A stretch of 64,000 nucleotides of DNA from Camelus dromedarius (taxonomy: Eukaryota). This document shows, piece after piece, positions 26,788 to 39,671 of this stretch. The translations under genes were made by a program, and so were the position numbers. The stretch is taken from NCBI RefSeq assembly GCF_036321535.1, contig NC_087436.1, positions 310,001-374,000 on the forward strand. The letters run 5' to 3'. The notes under the pieces were generated by a model that did no database searches, was not told the DNA's origin, and saw only the letters and a program-made list of their open reading frames with translations. How positions within the stretch are numbered: position 1 is the first letter of the stretch; each line of letters opens with the position of its first letter.

Positions 26788-26911
26788 TGTAAGAATGCCG
26801 GTGACTCAGTTAGAAGCATGCTTCAAAGCTGTCCGTGTCTTTGCCATCCAGAAGCGGAGCCTGGGAGCTTCCGAATTTCTCCAGAATGCGGTTTACATTC
26901 ACATTCGATAG
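26788..26911 (+). pseudogene. TRAPPC9: TRAPPC9 exon 7 remnant (2-nt deletion, terminal CAG>TAG)
   Basis: cctgcag|tgtaagaatgcc...cgatag|gtgagt. Reads [41 protein letters not shown] versus [42 protein letters not shown]. Confidence 0.94.
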
Positions 26912-29900
26912 GTGAGTGCATGTCCACTTACAATTGGAGGAATTACTGCAGTTTTTCTGAAACTTACCACTATTCCATCTGATTTTTCTGTGCTAGGATT
27001 CAGTATAGCCTGCTAAAAACTCTGGAGTCAGATCTTGAAACCCTGATGAAGAGGACTATTTATCTTATTTCTTTATATGATAGTATTTTACTTTCAAAAT
27101 TCAGAGTTTTTGGTTTTTTGAGGAAATTTGGGGGGGGGTTGGAGAATCAACTTTTCTCTTACCATCTATGTGACCTGTTGCTATATGCCTCTCACCTGTC
27201 TTCTGTCACTTGTGAGGCAGTTCCATTTGTGACCCTGTCTGGTTTGTTCATGTTATAAAACATAAAGTCTGTAAAAGTACAGTCCCTTTTACTCTGAAGA
27301 CATTCCACAAGTACTACTTAAATCTGAGTGTGGTTTTTAGAAGAGAGAATCATTAGAACATGTACTTGCAGGTTGCTAGTGCAAAATCCCCAAATCAATA
27401 CTCTAGCTCAACATCTAAGATCTTTCTAATCTACCTTGGATTTATATGGATAAGTGAAGCAGTTTGCTAAGAACACAAGACCAGGTTTAGAATACAGGCT
27501 GGTGTAGCTCAGCAGGTCCTTCCATGCTGATGCTCTGCCAGAGGGCGGGGCCGAGGAGAGAGGGCGTGTCCTGCCCTCCCTGAGCTGACAGTTTCATGGC
27601 AAAGACCTTCATCAGGTGAAGAACTGGGAGTTTCTTCTAAGAACAGTGGGATTGAAAAGAGTCCTATAAGCGCGGGACTGACAGAATCCCATTTGACTCA
27701 AGTAGGGGAGAGCGGTTGTGGGGCCACTTGGGAGACTCGTGAGTCCAGGAGTGCAGTGTTGGTGGCTTCCACTTGAGCGGTGAGATGGTCAGTGGGTAAA
27801 AGCGAACAGATTGAAGACATGTTTAGATGGTAAAAAGAAAGGATGAATGCTGTCTGTGAAGGTAGGATGGAGTAAGGCCCAGCTTTCTGGGTGGATTAAT
27901 CAGGTAAATGATGGTCCTGCTGTGCTTTTAGGAGGGAAACTTGCAGAGGAATTTCGGGGGGAAAACTGATGAGTTCAGTTGTGGGTAAAGTGAAAGGCTG
28001 CTCGATGTGTGGTCTGGGAACTCAGGTGAGAGCCAGTAGTGAGTAGAGGAAGGGGAGAGAGTTTTTCAAATCATTTTGTCTTGTGAACATACAAACAAGA
28101 ATGAGTAATGACACACAAAACCTCTAAATTCTGGATTTAAAACCCAATAACATTTTGTTATATTGAGTGCAGAGGTTCTTAAATTTTTAATAGAAATTAA
28201 ACAAATAGAAACAAAATAGTGGAGTTAATCAACATCTTAGAGTTGATGTGTGTCCTTGTATGTATTTTGATACCTCATCTCTTTATAAGCATAATCTACA
28301 AAAGCTTGTTTAGCATAAGATTTAAAAAAAGGGACGGGGCACACAATGTTGTGGGTTGAGGCTGATCACCTTGGGCAAATTTTGTAGTCTCTCTGTGCCT
28401 TAGTAGCATCTTCTGTGACTGCCCCCGGGCCCCTCATCACAGCTGATTTCCTAAACTAGATTTTGGGAGGGAGGCTGCTGAAGGGATTAAGAAGTGGCAA
28501 ATGCTAGAGATACTGAAGAGAGACAATAAAACAGATTAAAGCCTATAAACTTTGTACAAATACCCTCAAAATTGAAAGAATCCCGCAGTGTTTTGAGCCA
28601 CTTAGCGTAAGGGAAACAAAATCACGTGGACCCAATTCTCTTGAGCATGTGAGTATTGTGGGTGGGAGGATGTCATCAGAAAAGTGTTGAGAAGAGGCCT
28701 TTTGGTTTCCCTTGACATTTCCAGTAAGGATGGGGCAGAGGAGCGAAAACCCCCTCTTCACAGTGGAAGCTGCTGTTTTGTGCGAAACTGACCAAAGGTT
28801 GGAGACCAGTCATCAGCGGTGCTGGCAAATGAAGAGACTTCAAGATTGGGTGGGGCACTTGCTGTGACTTCCAGGTGACCTGCTGACTGGGGGCTGTGAG
28901 GAGGGCAGTAGGTTTGCAGGGTGACCCGGGCATAATCCCTGGCTCTGAGGCTGCTGGTCTGATTAGCAGACCTGGGCACCCGCAGTCCTAATGGGGCAGC
29001 TCATGATGTAGCCTGGGACACCTGCCATTCTGAGGGCGAGAAGAGGGCTCCTCTGAGGGGGTGTCCCTGCGGAGAGTGGAAACATCCTCCTGCAGGGGAG
29101 AAAGTGCCTCTGAGCACGGGGCCGGAAACACAGGCAAGACCAGCCTGAGCACGGAGGGTTTGGGAACCCGGAAGTCATACAGTGGCCTGAGCAGCCTTGT
29201 TCCTGAGAGACTGGAGGGACAAGATGCTGAAAAGTCAGGCAATGGTCCGACCCTGTGGTGGGTTATGAGTGACAAGAAAGGACTGGTCAGGCAGGCACGA
29301 GAGAACCCTGTGGCCATCCCAGCTGGGGCACCACGCCGGAGGGAGGAGCAGTTATAGACTTTGCCACTTATTAGCTGTGTGACTTTGAGCAATATCACTC
29401 CACCTCTCTCTACATATATCTTGATGTGTAAAGTGACAGAGTGACAGGCTCGTGTCATCAGAAGGCTTAGTTTAGCTCTGATCCTCTGTGTCCTGTCCTG
29501 TCAGTGCTACCCTGCAAGTTTCTGCAGCGGCTGCTCTTACCCTGAGATGGGAGGGCGCAGAGGGACATTGTAGAGCCTGAGGGCAGGAAGAGGTTGCTTT
29601 AAAAGCAGACTTATAGCCGCCTGCATTTGCAGACCTTCAGGCAGTTTGGTTGAAGTTAGTGGAGAGAACTTTGGAGGCCTTAGTATCCTCATAAATCTTG
29701 TTTTCCCTTGGGGACTGGATTTAACTTTGCAGATCCATGTTGAAGATTTGAGCTTCTGGCAAAGCTGTTTTCAGAGATGGGTATATACATAACATATGGT
29801 ATAAAATAAAATGCTTTTATTTAATGTGTGGGACTTTGCAGGTCTTGGGAACAGCTAAGTTGGCCTGGTCTCCACGGATGACAGTAGGGGTCAGCAGAGC

Positions 29901-30140
29901 GTGCGGGAGGGCAGGCTGACCGCCTTGCTTCTGCAGGGGGTTCTCCATAGCAAGACACTCTGTTGAGTTGACTCTTCTCTAAGTTTGGTCTGAGCAGACA
30001 GCAAAGTAATGAGTTCTGGTGGGATTGTATAATGACAGGAAGAAAGAGGAACCCGTGGTTTTCGGGACTAGAACACGCTTTTGGTTCCTGATCCAGTGTG
30101 TTCCATTACATAATTGATAAGTTGTGTCTATTCTGGGACT

Positions 30141-30624
30141 TGATTGAAAGAAACATTCAGCCTTAAATTTAAGAGTTATGTATTATTTGGAGGGAGGACT
30201 CGAGCCGGGATGACAGCCTTTCAGATCACTCTGAGGGACTGCTCCCAAGAGGTAGGGAAGGAGCTGGGATATATAGGAGCTTTACAACAAAGACCAGGTA
30301 GTTGGAACAATAAAAGATTGTTATCTAAGAAAGCCAGGTATCTCAAGTTCAAGAATTTAGTGTTTTTCTATGTATGGGAGGATGCGAACATTTTGGTCAT
30401 TGAATTCAATTCTTTAACGAGCACCTGGCTATCTAGGGCCAGTATCCTGTTGTTTCTTACTGTGAGTCCGCTCAGAGGGCACCACTGTGAGTGGCTGAGA
30501 GGCTAGGCTGCAGGCTTGTACTCGCTGAGGAGTGGCAGCAGCTGCTGATGACTTGGTTTCAGCATTCTTTGTTTACTGACATGGATGCAGTATTTTCATT
30601 CACATTGTAGTATTTTCATTCACA
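30141..30624 (-). mobile_element. 3' LTR of the provirus
   Basis: About 87-88% identical to 36877-37367 by hand count. Polypurine tract AAGGGGGAG adjoins it on the minus strand (about 30628-30636). Confidence 0.92.
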
Positions 30625-31534
30625 GTGCTCCCCCTTGGTCCTAAATTCGACCAATATTTTGAGAGACATTTCATGACCAATTTTGTCCCATTGTGCTAGG
30701 ATGGCTCATTCCTAGTTAAGTTGAAGAATATTCTGAGCTGCCATTCAAGGTGTTAGATTTTTTATCAGGACCTGTTGATACTAAAATTTCTCTGGATCGC
30801 CTGTCTTACTAGTCTATTATGATCGAGGAAATGTTTGCCCTTCGTTGCTCATTCCCATACCTAGAATCACACTATTACAATTATTTTATACAGGGTTATA
30901 AATTTTATCTATTTCTTCAAGATGTTTAGCCATCATCAATCTTTTAGGCCTAGTTACACATTGGGAAATGTAACAGACAACAATTTTATTATATAGACAG
31001 GATATAAGTAATAAAGCTAGTAAAGTTAATAAAGTCACGAATGAGAATTTAATAGTCGAGAAGTTATATTTTTGGGTTAAAATTTTGCTTGTGTTCCTGA
31101 TTGAGTTTGAGTCATCTTATGAGAAATTTCATATTTATGGTCAGGGTCAGAGCAGGTATTAATTAGCCTGGTGAGGTCTCCCACCTTGTAAGATCAACAG
31201 TGGCCTAAACAGAACTATAATTTCCTTTTTAGAATAACGTTTCTGAGGGCTATCTAGTTAGAGCCTTGGAGTAGGGAAACCCACCAAGGTAACACAGAAG
31301 TACTAGACATAGGTAATTTACCATAAACTTAACAGTTGGAGTAGTTCATAATCAAAGGTAGGAGAAATTATCAAAGTAATTGGCATACAGGCCTGGTTCG
31401 GTGTTTTGGGTCAGCTGTCTTACCTCAGATGTCGTCGTCTTCTCATCCTGGCCTGGGTAGATTTTTCTTCATTTGGGCATTGTTTTAAGGTGACCAGTGC
31501 TCTATAGGCCAGTGCACTGCAGGGGCTGTTTCTG

Positions 31535-31690
31535 ATAGGAAATGAATCCAAAAGTCCATTTCCTTCAGCTTTGGTATGTACGGTCTAGTTAAGAGTACCT
31601 GATAAAGGATCCTTCCATTCAGGTAGTAGACAGTTCTTTAAGTCATGCCTGTTCCAGTATGTATAATCCCCTGGCTGCAGGTCATGGGGC
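31535..31690 (-). pseudogene. Degenerate retroviral integrase C-terminal (GPY/F) remnant
   Basis: Minus strand reads PHDLQPGDYTYWNRHDLKNCLLPEWKDP/(frameshift)YQVLLTRPYIPKLKEMDFWIH, matching the LQPGDxVxxK...PxWKGPYxVLLT...WIH motif. Confidence 0.85.
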
Positions 31691-34600
31691 ATTGGAACTT
31701 TACCCAAGGATAGATTACTGAACTTCAGAAACAAACCTAGAGTATTCTTTTCATAATTCAATTAACCTTTACAGCAATGTGACATAACAGCAAGGAATGA
31801 TCTGGGAAATGTCTTAGTAAATATAGACCTCAATTAACAAAACTAGAATTTAATATCCACTAAAATATAATCTTTTTTCTCTCTAAAGTTACCCTCATTT
31901 TTCTCAAATATAGTCAAATCAAGAGTAATTTGTTTACAAGTTAAGTCTGATTATTTGATCATATAGGCTTTTTTAAATTGGCTGTGTTGGAACTTTTAAT
32001 TAGGAGTCTCAGGGTAGAATGTTAATAAGGTTTTCTAAGGCCAGGAAAGCCACATCAAGGTCTTGTCATGGTTTTCTGCCTTACACATTTAGGTAAATTC
32101 TTTTCCTTTTAAAATCCTTAAAATACCTTGAGATTCCTATATCTGTTAGGAGATGATCTTCCTCATTTGTCTGATTGAGCCATTGGGGACCTAAGAGATT
32201 TTAGTCTCTTGAGGGATCAGATAGAGAGAAAAGATAACTGTTCCAAGTCTGCTTACATAGGTATAATTTATCAAATTTCTGTGAATCATAACTAGTTAAG
32301 GAGAAGAGTTTCTTTATGTCAGGGAAACAGGTTAAAAGCCAGTAGTATGTCAGACAAAATCAAAAATTATAACCATATTCACCAGTTTACTCAGTCCCAT
32401 GTAACTAATTTTTTAATCAGTTTTCATTAGACATTTAAAATTTCTTACCGAGTTTAGTTCAGTGTTATAGTTTGAAATTTATTAGAAACGAGTAAATCTC
32501 CTTGAAGAGAAAGCATTTTGCAAAATCATCAGAAGAAAGCAATTAACTGTCTATAAATGACAAAAATTTAAAAGCATGTTTAGACACCGTTACACTATAA
32601 TCGATGAAGAAACCTGGTCACTATAACCAGAAATATGACTGGTAACATTTTAGATATGTCAGATTTTAGTGAGTCCATATAATTTCTAGAGTATCTATAT
32701 TAATAATATTTTCTCATACAATATAACCTTAGAAGATTTATTATTCATTTGATAATACCATGTATTTAACATGCCAAATAAATTTACTAGTTTAAAATCT
32801 CTCTTTGGGATGTTTCAGGGGCCCTCTGTAGCATCCCAAACTTAACTGGAGATTAAAAGAACTTTAATTAGAAATTGATATTTGGGGAGTTTGTTAAAAG
32901 ATTTCAAAACACTTGGTCACGTAAACATATAGATCACTGTGAAGTAGTACTTATTCATTAAGAAAATACGTCAAAGGTAAAGGCAGAACAGATCAGGTAA
33001 GTGGTATAAGAAGCTTTATAATTTGTTACTGAAGGTGGATTAACATTTCAAGACAATTTTGTCCTCTTAACAGAGAGTAAACCAAATCTACTCTTGTACC
33101 AGTTTATGTCTAAGATTCATTTACTTTGCCCAAGTTGATTCTAAATTTAGCCAATTCTGACAAAGTACAAATCCCTTTCTTCAGGGTTCCTCTTCCACAA
33201 GCCTTCCACAGCTTTCTATACTCATATTAGTTTGTTCCTTATTTTCTATTCCATTCAGAAGTAACCAGCTTCAGGACAAAGTCACTATTTTTCATTAACA
33301 AAATATAATTCCATTCTTATATCTTCCTTTACACATTTATCTTACTTTCCTAGGATACTGAGATCATTCCCTTAATAATAAAGACTATTTCAAGGTGGCA
33401 CCAACCATTTATTAATACTTCTAAACACCTTTATTTTCTCTGTAAGAGGAAGTTAAATGTTAAATAATTCATATTTCAATCTTATTTTATCTGAAAATGG
33501 CATAGCTATTTAATAAAATCCTATCATTTAACTTAATGTAGCACAACTCTAGAATTTAAAGATATCAAACATTTAGAGATTATCTTAAATATACATTTTA
33601 AAAATATATTTTAAAAATTTACCCAAAGCTCTCATCTCATTTGCATTTAATTTATTTAAATTTTACCACACCACATTACTATTATATTTTTTAACAAATC
33701 TGCACCAGATATAACAGGATCTTATTTGACTTTCATTAAACCTAGGTTCAGTAAAAGTACTATACTTAATATTGGTGACGTTAAAGATGTCTATATTAAT
33801 TAGAACATACTTAAACTAAACAATATCAAATATTATCTTAATATTGAATATTTTCCAGTTCACATGAAGCTGAAGGTCAATTTGGTCAGTTTTTATTTTA
33901 AAACTACTTAATTTGTAAGCTCTTATTTTTTACGCCAATTAAGCAGAGCTCTTTGACATTGAGTTTTATTTTTTCAGCTGTAGAATTATCTCACATCTAC
34001 AATGTGTACGCAGGCTTATAAACAGACAAAAGTTAGAGATTTCATAGCTTCACTACAAAACTTACTTATGAGATAAGTATAATAATAGTTGTAGTGAACT
34101 GAATTTGCTTGCTCAAATCACTAAGTCTTACCATTTATGAAACAGACATTTAAGATTTCTTGACAAAGACTTAAGGACCCATCAGGGTTCTGAGTTGTAA
34201 AATGCCACAAATTTCTTTGGCCCTGAGTTTTATCTCGTTGAGCTAATTAGGCTCAGTCCTAGGTCACTGTTTGCTGTATTTACATTTCTGATCTGCAAGA
34301 CAAAGACACACGCTTCCAGTTCCCCAGAGAATTTCTCTGTCATGCAGGCCCAATTGTATCTCCTTAATTTGCTTCTTTGTATCAGTGAGAAGAGCTGTAA
34401 ACAAAGAATTCCATGTTTAAAATTTTAAGGTTTATTTATCTTGCCTTTGAAAGCTTGCATAAGGCATTTAGTAAGGTCTCTTTTCCTTGAGTTATAAGTT
34501 AAACCCAGGGTAAACCTCTTATTATATTTTTTATTAGCTACTGAATATTAGTTTTTAGTTTTACGTTATATTGGACAGCTCATGTAACTCTATTGGTTTC

Positions 34601-35003
34601 CTTTACTGTGTTCAATTAGTATTTTCTGAGGGATAGATACGTGCCCAGCCTTGTAATACCAAGAAAAGGAAGCGTTTTTCCATTGAAACATATCTATCCC
34701 AAAAGATAATTAAGGAAGATGTTTATACAAAGCCCATTTAATATACCAATTTTACAAACTTTTATCTCAATTTTATTAAATCTTTTACCTTTAATTTTTA
34801 TATTTATTATGTTTAATCAATAATTCTTATTTCTAGAAGGAGTGCCAAAAGCCTTTTTTTTTTTTCCGTGCATTGTATCTAATTTTATAGAAAAGTCTCT
34901 GGGATCCCAAAGTTTGAGCCAAAGAGCTTAGGCCCTTCTCAATTTTAATTTCATTAATTGGTCTGTTGTCCCAATCATTGATCAAGTATTTCAGTCTATA
35001 TAT

Positions 35004-35006
<3 letters not shown>

Positions 35007-35049
<43 letters not shown>
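35007..35049. repeat. (TA)n microsatellite inside the ERV
   Basis: Directly visible. Confidence 0.95.
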
Positions 35050-35052
<3 letters not shown>

Positions 35053-36156
35053 CCCTATAAATACATATATTTAAAACTGTGGTAAATAAAACGGACTTGT
35101 TTGAACTTTAATGTTGGAGGTAGTAGGTGATATCTTTGGCTCTTTTTTTTTTTAACTTTACGTAGTGTAGTATCAAAACCTTGCATGTAAATGCAAAAAT
35201 CTCCATTTTATTTATCTCATTCAAAATAACCATATAAAAATATTTATCCATTTGGGATAAGCCCCTTATCTTTTTTTTTCCTACATATTTACAATTCTTT
35301 TTCCAGTTATTCAACCTAATTAACATTAATTATTCTAAGTTTTTATTAGCATGTCTAAAACCATTGATTGGAAAGTAAAAACACAAATGTAGCTTTTGAA
35401 ACCAGTTTTTTTTTTTAACTGAGTTATTAAGTTAAACATTAGATATATTTTTCGACCTTTAAACTTGATTTTATTAGTTACCAATAAAACAGATGTTTAT
35501 ACAGAGAGCTCTTTCAACTTTCACCAATTTAAAAGTTTTTCCAAATTAAAGGATCCAACATATGGCCATCAATTTATATATATTCATTTATATAAAATAA
35601 AATATATATATATTTTTTAAACCAATAAGATGAAGAGGATTTTCCACATGAGAGTGGGTGTGTTGCCTAAATAAAATTCAAAAGTTTACTCTCCAAAAGC
35701 TAAAGGCCTTTGTGTTACATGCTGATGAAACAAAGGTTAAGATGGCAAAATATCTGAAAATTGGTACAATCAAAGGATTGTTGAGAATCCCAATTTATTT
35801 GCGTGGCCACCATATGTACACAATATTTCTACCATTTGTATGGCAGATTCCAAGGTTTCCTTTAAAAAAAAATGAAACACATATATATATACGTACACAA
35901 AAATAAAATACCCAGAGAAAGATAAAAAGATTTCATTTCAAGGACATAGGAAAAAACATCCAAGATACCCCTAAAGGGGATTTTGTTTTATAAGTTCAGA
36001 ATTCCTAAAAATGTTTTTAACAGTCCTGGTTAGTTACTTTCAGGGTGAGGTTTTTTTTTTTTTTTTTTTTTTTTGCAATTAATGTTGTAAGATTTGTACG
36101 TATATAAACCTGGCTGTGGTATAAGACGGAGGCTGGCAATCTGTCATTTCTTTATC

Positions 36157-36188
<32 letters not shown>

Positions 36189-36477
36189 CTTTTTTTGAAA
36201 GTTCTATTCCCCATTCTAAGGTCGGGTTCTCAAAATAAAATTGCTAGTAAGTTTTCCCACAGGGACAACTATATGGCATGAAGTATTTGCCTCTACCAAT
36301 CCTGCAAGTTTCTCTGTCACTGGAGAAAGCTGTTACCAGCCAGGAGGAGGGTCCCAATTTTGGAGTTGAAAGGTTCCTCATAAGAGTTTTACTTTTATCC
36401 TGAAAAATTCAGTAGAGGTAACCAAATTGAGGAAAACATTAGACCAGCCTCTTACCTAACCACTCAGTCCTGAACCC

Positions 36478-36660
36478 AGTGTCTTTCAACTTGGACCAAC
36501 TCGGGACGTCTCCACTGGGTGAGTACTTTCCTGGTATGTTTCCACCAGCCCAACTTTGGACGTCTCCTCAAGTTGGGTGTTTCCTGTTATCTTTCAACCA
36601 GGCCCCACCCAGCATGTCTCCACTGGGTGGGTAATTTTCCCCCCAGTATCTTTCAACTGG
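36478..36660. repeat. Degenerate ~55-bp tandem repeat, about 3.3 units, in the ERV leader
   Basis: Recurring tRtctttcaac...gacgtctccactgggtg...tttcc. Confidence 0.75.
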
Positions 36661-36876
36661 AGGGCCAGGTACCTGGATACACTGCCAAATAAAACTCAGG
36701 ATCATCAACCAATATGGGAGATCCTAGAACCAGAAGAGACTCACTCAAATTCATCTGGACTCCCCGAGGAGGCAGACGGGCACAAAGGGCCACTGCTGGT
36801 ACCAAGGCTCCAGTTCCTCGGAGAGTTCAGCTGGAGAGAAGTCTGCTCTGGGTCCTTTCATGGTTTCCAAAACTTT

Positions 36877-37367
36877 TGACTGAAATACATGTGCAGCCTA
36901 AAAGTTAAGAGTTATGATTTATTTGGCAGGAGGACTTGACCTGGGATGACAGCCTCTCAGATCTCTCTGAGGGACTGCTCAGAAGAGGTTCGGGAGGAAC
37001 TAGGATATATAGGAGCTTTACAACAAAGACCGGGAAGTTGGAACAATAAAAGATTGCTTGTTATCTAAAGAAAGCCAGGTATGTCAAGTTCAAGAATTTA
37101 GTGCTTTTCTATGTATGGGAGGAAGCAAACATTTGGACTCACTGAATTCCTTCTTTAGACAAACACCTAGCTATCTAGGGCTAATATCCTGTCCTTTCTT
37201 ATTCTGAGTCTGCTCAGAGGGCACCGTTGTGAGTGGCTGCAGAGGCTGGGCTGCAGGCCTGTACTTGCTGGGGTGTGTTGGCAGCCGCTGATGACTTGGT
37301 TTCAGCATTCTTTGTTTACTTACATGGTTGCAGTATTTTCATTCACATTGTAATAATTTCTTTCACA
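36877..37367 (-). mobile_element. 5' LTR of the provirus
   Basis: Paired LTR. Followed on the minus strand by TGGAAACCATGAAAGGA (about 36853-36869), which resembles the tRNA-Arg PBS TGGCAACCACGAAGGGA. Splice donor AG|GTAAG on minus near 36455. Confidence 0.92.
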
Positions 37368-39671
37368 GACTGACTATGGATAATCTGCAACCTTGGAAAG
37401 CAACCGAGAGGGAATTACTGCAGGTACCTTCTGCTTTAATAAGCTGCGTGCAAACATAAACATGGAGGAAGGATACAAAATGATTTGGTGGTGTAGGGAA
37501 GGCTTTCTGCACATTACAGGAGAAGGCAAGGCAGATTTCCTCTCCTTTGTGGACAGGGACGTGATTCCACCTTTCTTTTCTGTAGTGGTTTCTGAGAACA
37601 ATTTATGGTAATTAACCAACATTGACAAAAGTTGGAACACAATGCATTTAAGAGCTGGCCAGCTGGAAATTGTGTATTGGACAGGTGGATTTCATAGGCA
37701 AGTGGTCAGGTGGATGGGAGAGAGATGGAGCCCACGTCTGGGCCCAGATTCAGGTTTAAATCGCCATTTCTTCACCATAGGGCCTTGGAATAGAATGTAA
37801 CCTCTCTTAACCTGTTGGTGATTCTGTGAAATGTGCATGATAATACTCTTTTGTTCCTGGGATTGTTGTAAGTTGTAAAGAGTATTAGAGCACACATGAA
37901 GCACTTAACACACTGGCACTTAGCAGTGTTCCCTGTGTGCGGCCGCCCCGCTTCGCGTGTGTCAGAGCCGTAAAGACAGCATGTGTCTGTTGAGGGCGCA
38001 CTGGTGGCCCCTTGAATACGTTGTGAATTTGGTGATTTCTATTAATCCTTGTAACTCTGTGTGCCATGGGCAGTTATTTTCATGGACAGATGAGGAATCT
38101 CAGGGTAAAGAAGACTGTGTAATTTGCCCAAAGTCAGACCATAATTTTGGGTGCAGGTGCCTCGATTTGGCATGGGCCCCTGGGCCTTCTACCCTCTTCG
38201 TTAAGCACCAGAGCCAGATGTGGGGTCGACTGTCACCCAGCACAGAAAATCCAGCAGGTAGCAAGACACACCTGGCCCTGTGCTCCTTGAGCAAAACTCC
38301 GGAGGGGAGGCAGTTACAAAAGTGATAAACATAAAAACAGATGACTGCAAACTGTGATCAGCTCTGAGAAGGAAAGGAACAGGCCTCGCAGTGCAGCGCT
38401 GGGATCTTTCTAGTCGGGGCTGCTCTGGGGCGTTCATCTCAGATAAACAAGCTCTGCTGCTGCACCAAGGCAGGAAGGCAGGGTGCTTGTGACCAGGTAG
38501 ACTGGGCCTCGTTGATCATTCTCATTCCCCATTAAGTGGCAGCTGTCACTGTCACTTACCTAGTAAACAGATGTTGGCCATAATCATCATGCATTTTGCT
38601 AGGTAGTTTTATTGGCCCCACCTTTGAGATGAGGTCATTGAAGCTGGGAAATTTGCTGCATGCCCGTGATCACCATGGAAATAACCCCTCTTGTCTTTCA
38701 ACTTAGACTGGTGTGGCTCTCATGCCCCAGCCCTGTGAATGGCATCATGTAGCTTCTCCCAAGTGGCCCAAATGACTGACATTGATTTTCTTAATTCATA
38801 GGAAATGGTATGTGACAATAGGAGAAAAAGATAGTAAGAAATTTTTTGGAAAAATAGAAAAAAAACCATTTCTTCCCCAGCTGGGGAAGCGTACCCTGTG
38901 TCACTCACCCCACTCACTGCCTGGCACCTCCTCCCTTCTGACTCCGTGTTCAGAAGCCACTCTGAGCCTTTGAAGAACATTTTGCCTCATGACACTCTTG
39001 ACTAGGACCTGCGACCTCTCTGTCCCTGGTTAACTCTCTCTTCAAAGCCATTTAAATTTTATGCAGGCTCATCTGCTCAGATGTAAGAATAGCCTCTTTA
39101 AAACGTCTTGATGCAGCTCCTTAATGAAGATCTTGAGAATGAAACCTAGCCAAAAGCAGGGAAGTATGCACATAGTGACCGTAAACTCAGCACTTTGTGA
39201 AGTTCAGAATCAGTTGGGTGGGAGACTCAGGAAAGACTTTTTTTAAGGTAGCAAGGGTAAAGTGAAAGGACTCAGGCTGTGTGAGACTGAAACATCTCGG
39301 TCCCAACCAGCAAGGCACCTGCGTTCACGATGGTGTGTGGGGAGTGCAGAGTTCTCACAAATAAAGAAGTGGTGGGATCGGAGGGAGGACAGTTAGGTTT
39401 TTACTGGGGAAGGAAAATGTGGGCTGAACATTTCCTGGTTGAACAAGAGGACTGTGACATGATGTGCTTGTATTTTGGAGAGAAGGGTTTTGTGGGGATA
39501 GGCCTAGGGAGAACTCTCTCTGGCTGGGGAGTCAGCACAACAGAGAACCACAGAGAACTGAGCAGACCCCAGGCCCCTGCTGGGGGAGGGGCTGCCCGCC
39601 AATTCGAGCCCTGGGGGCTGCTTCTGTCCCTTAGCTGGGTCCTCAGAGCTCCCTGCAAAATCCAGTTCTGT

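Larger units (their letters stand above)
3750..26911 (+). pseudogene. TRAPPC9: Unprocessed partial TRAPPC9 pseudogene, unit A (exons 3, 5, 6, 7; exon 4 and exons 8+ not found)
   Basis: Four intron-separated segments in the correct order translate to TRAPPC9-like peptides, each flanked by AG/GT, with a stop in exon 6 and a frameshift plus stop in exon 7. Confidence 0.93.
30141..37367 (-). mobile_element. Two-LTR non-autonomous ERV1 (MER4-group-like) provirus, about 7.2 kb
   Basis: TG...CA LTRs at 30141-30624 and 36877-37367. 4-bp TSD GACT at 30137-30140 and 37368-37371. PBS and PPT on the minus strand. AT-rich non-coding interior with an integrase C-terminal remnant. Confidence 0.93.
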
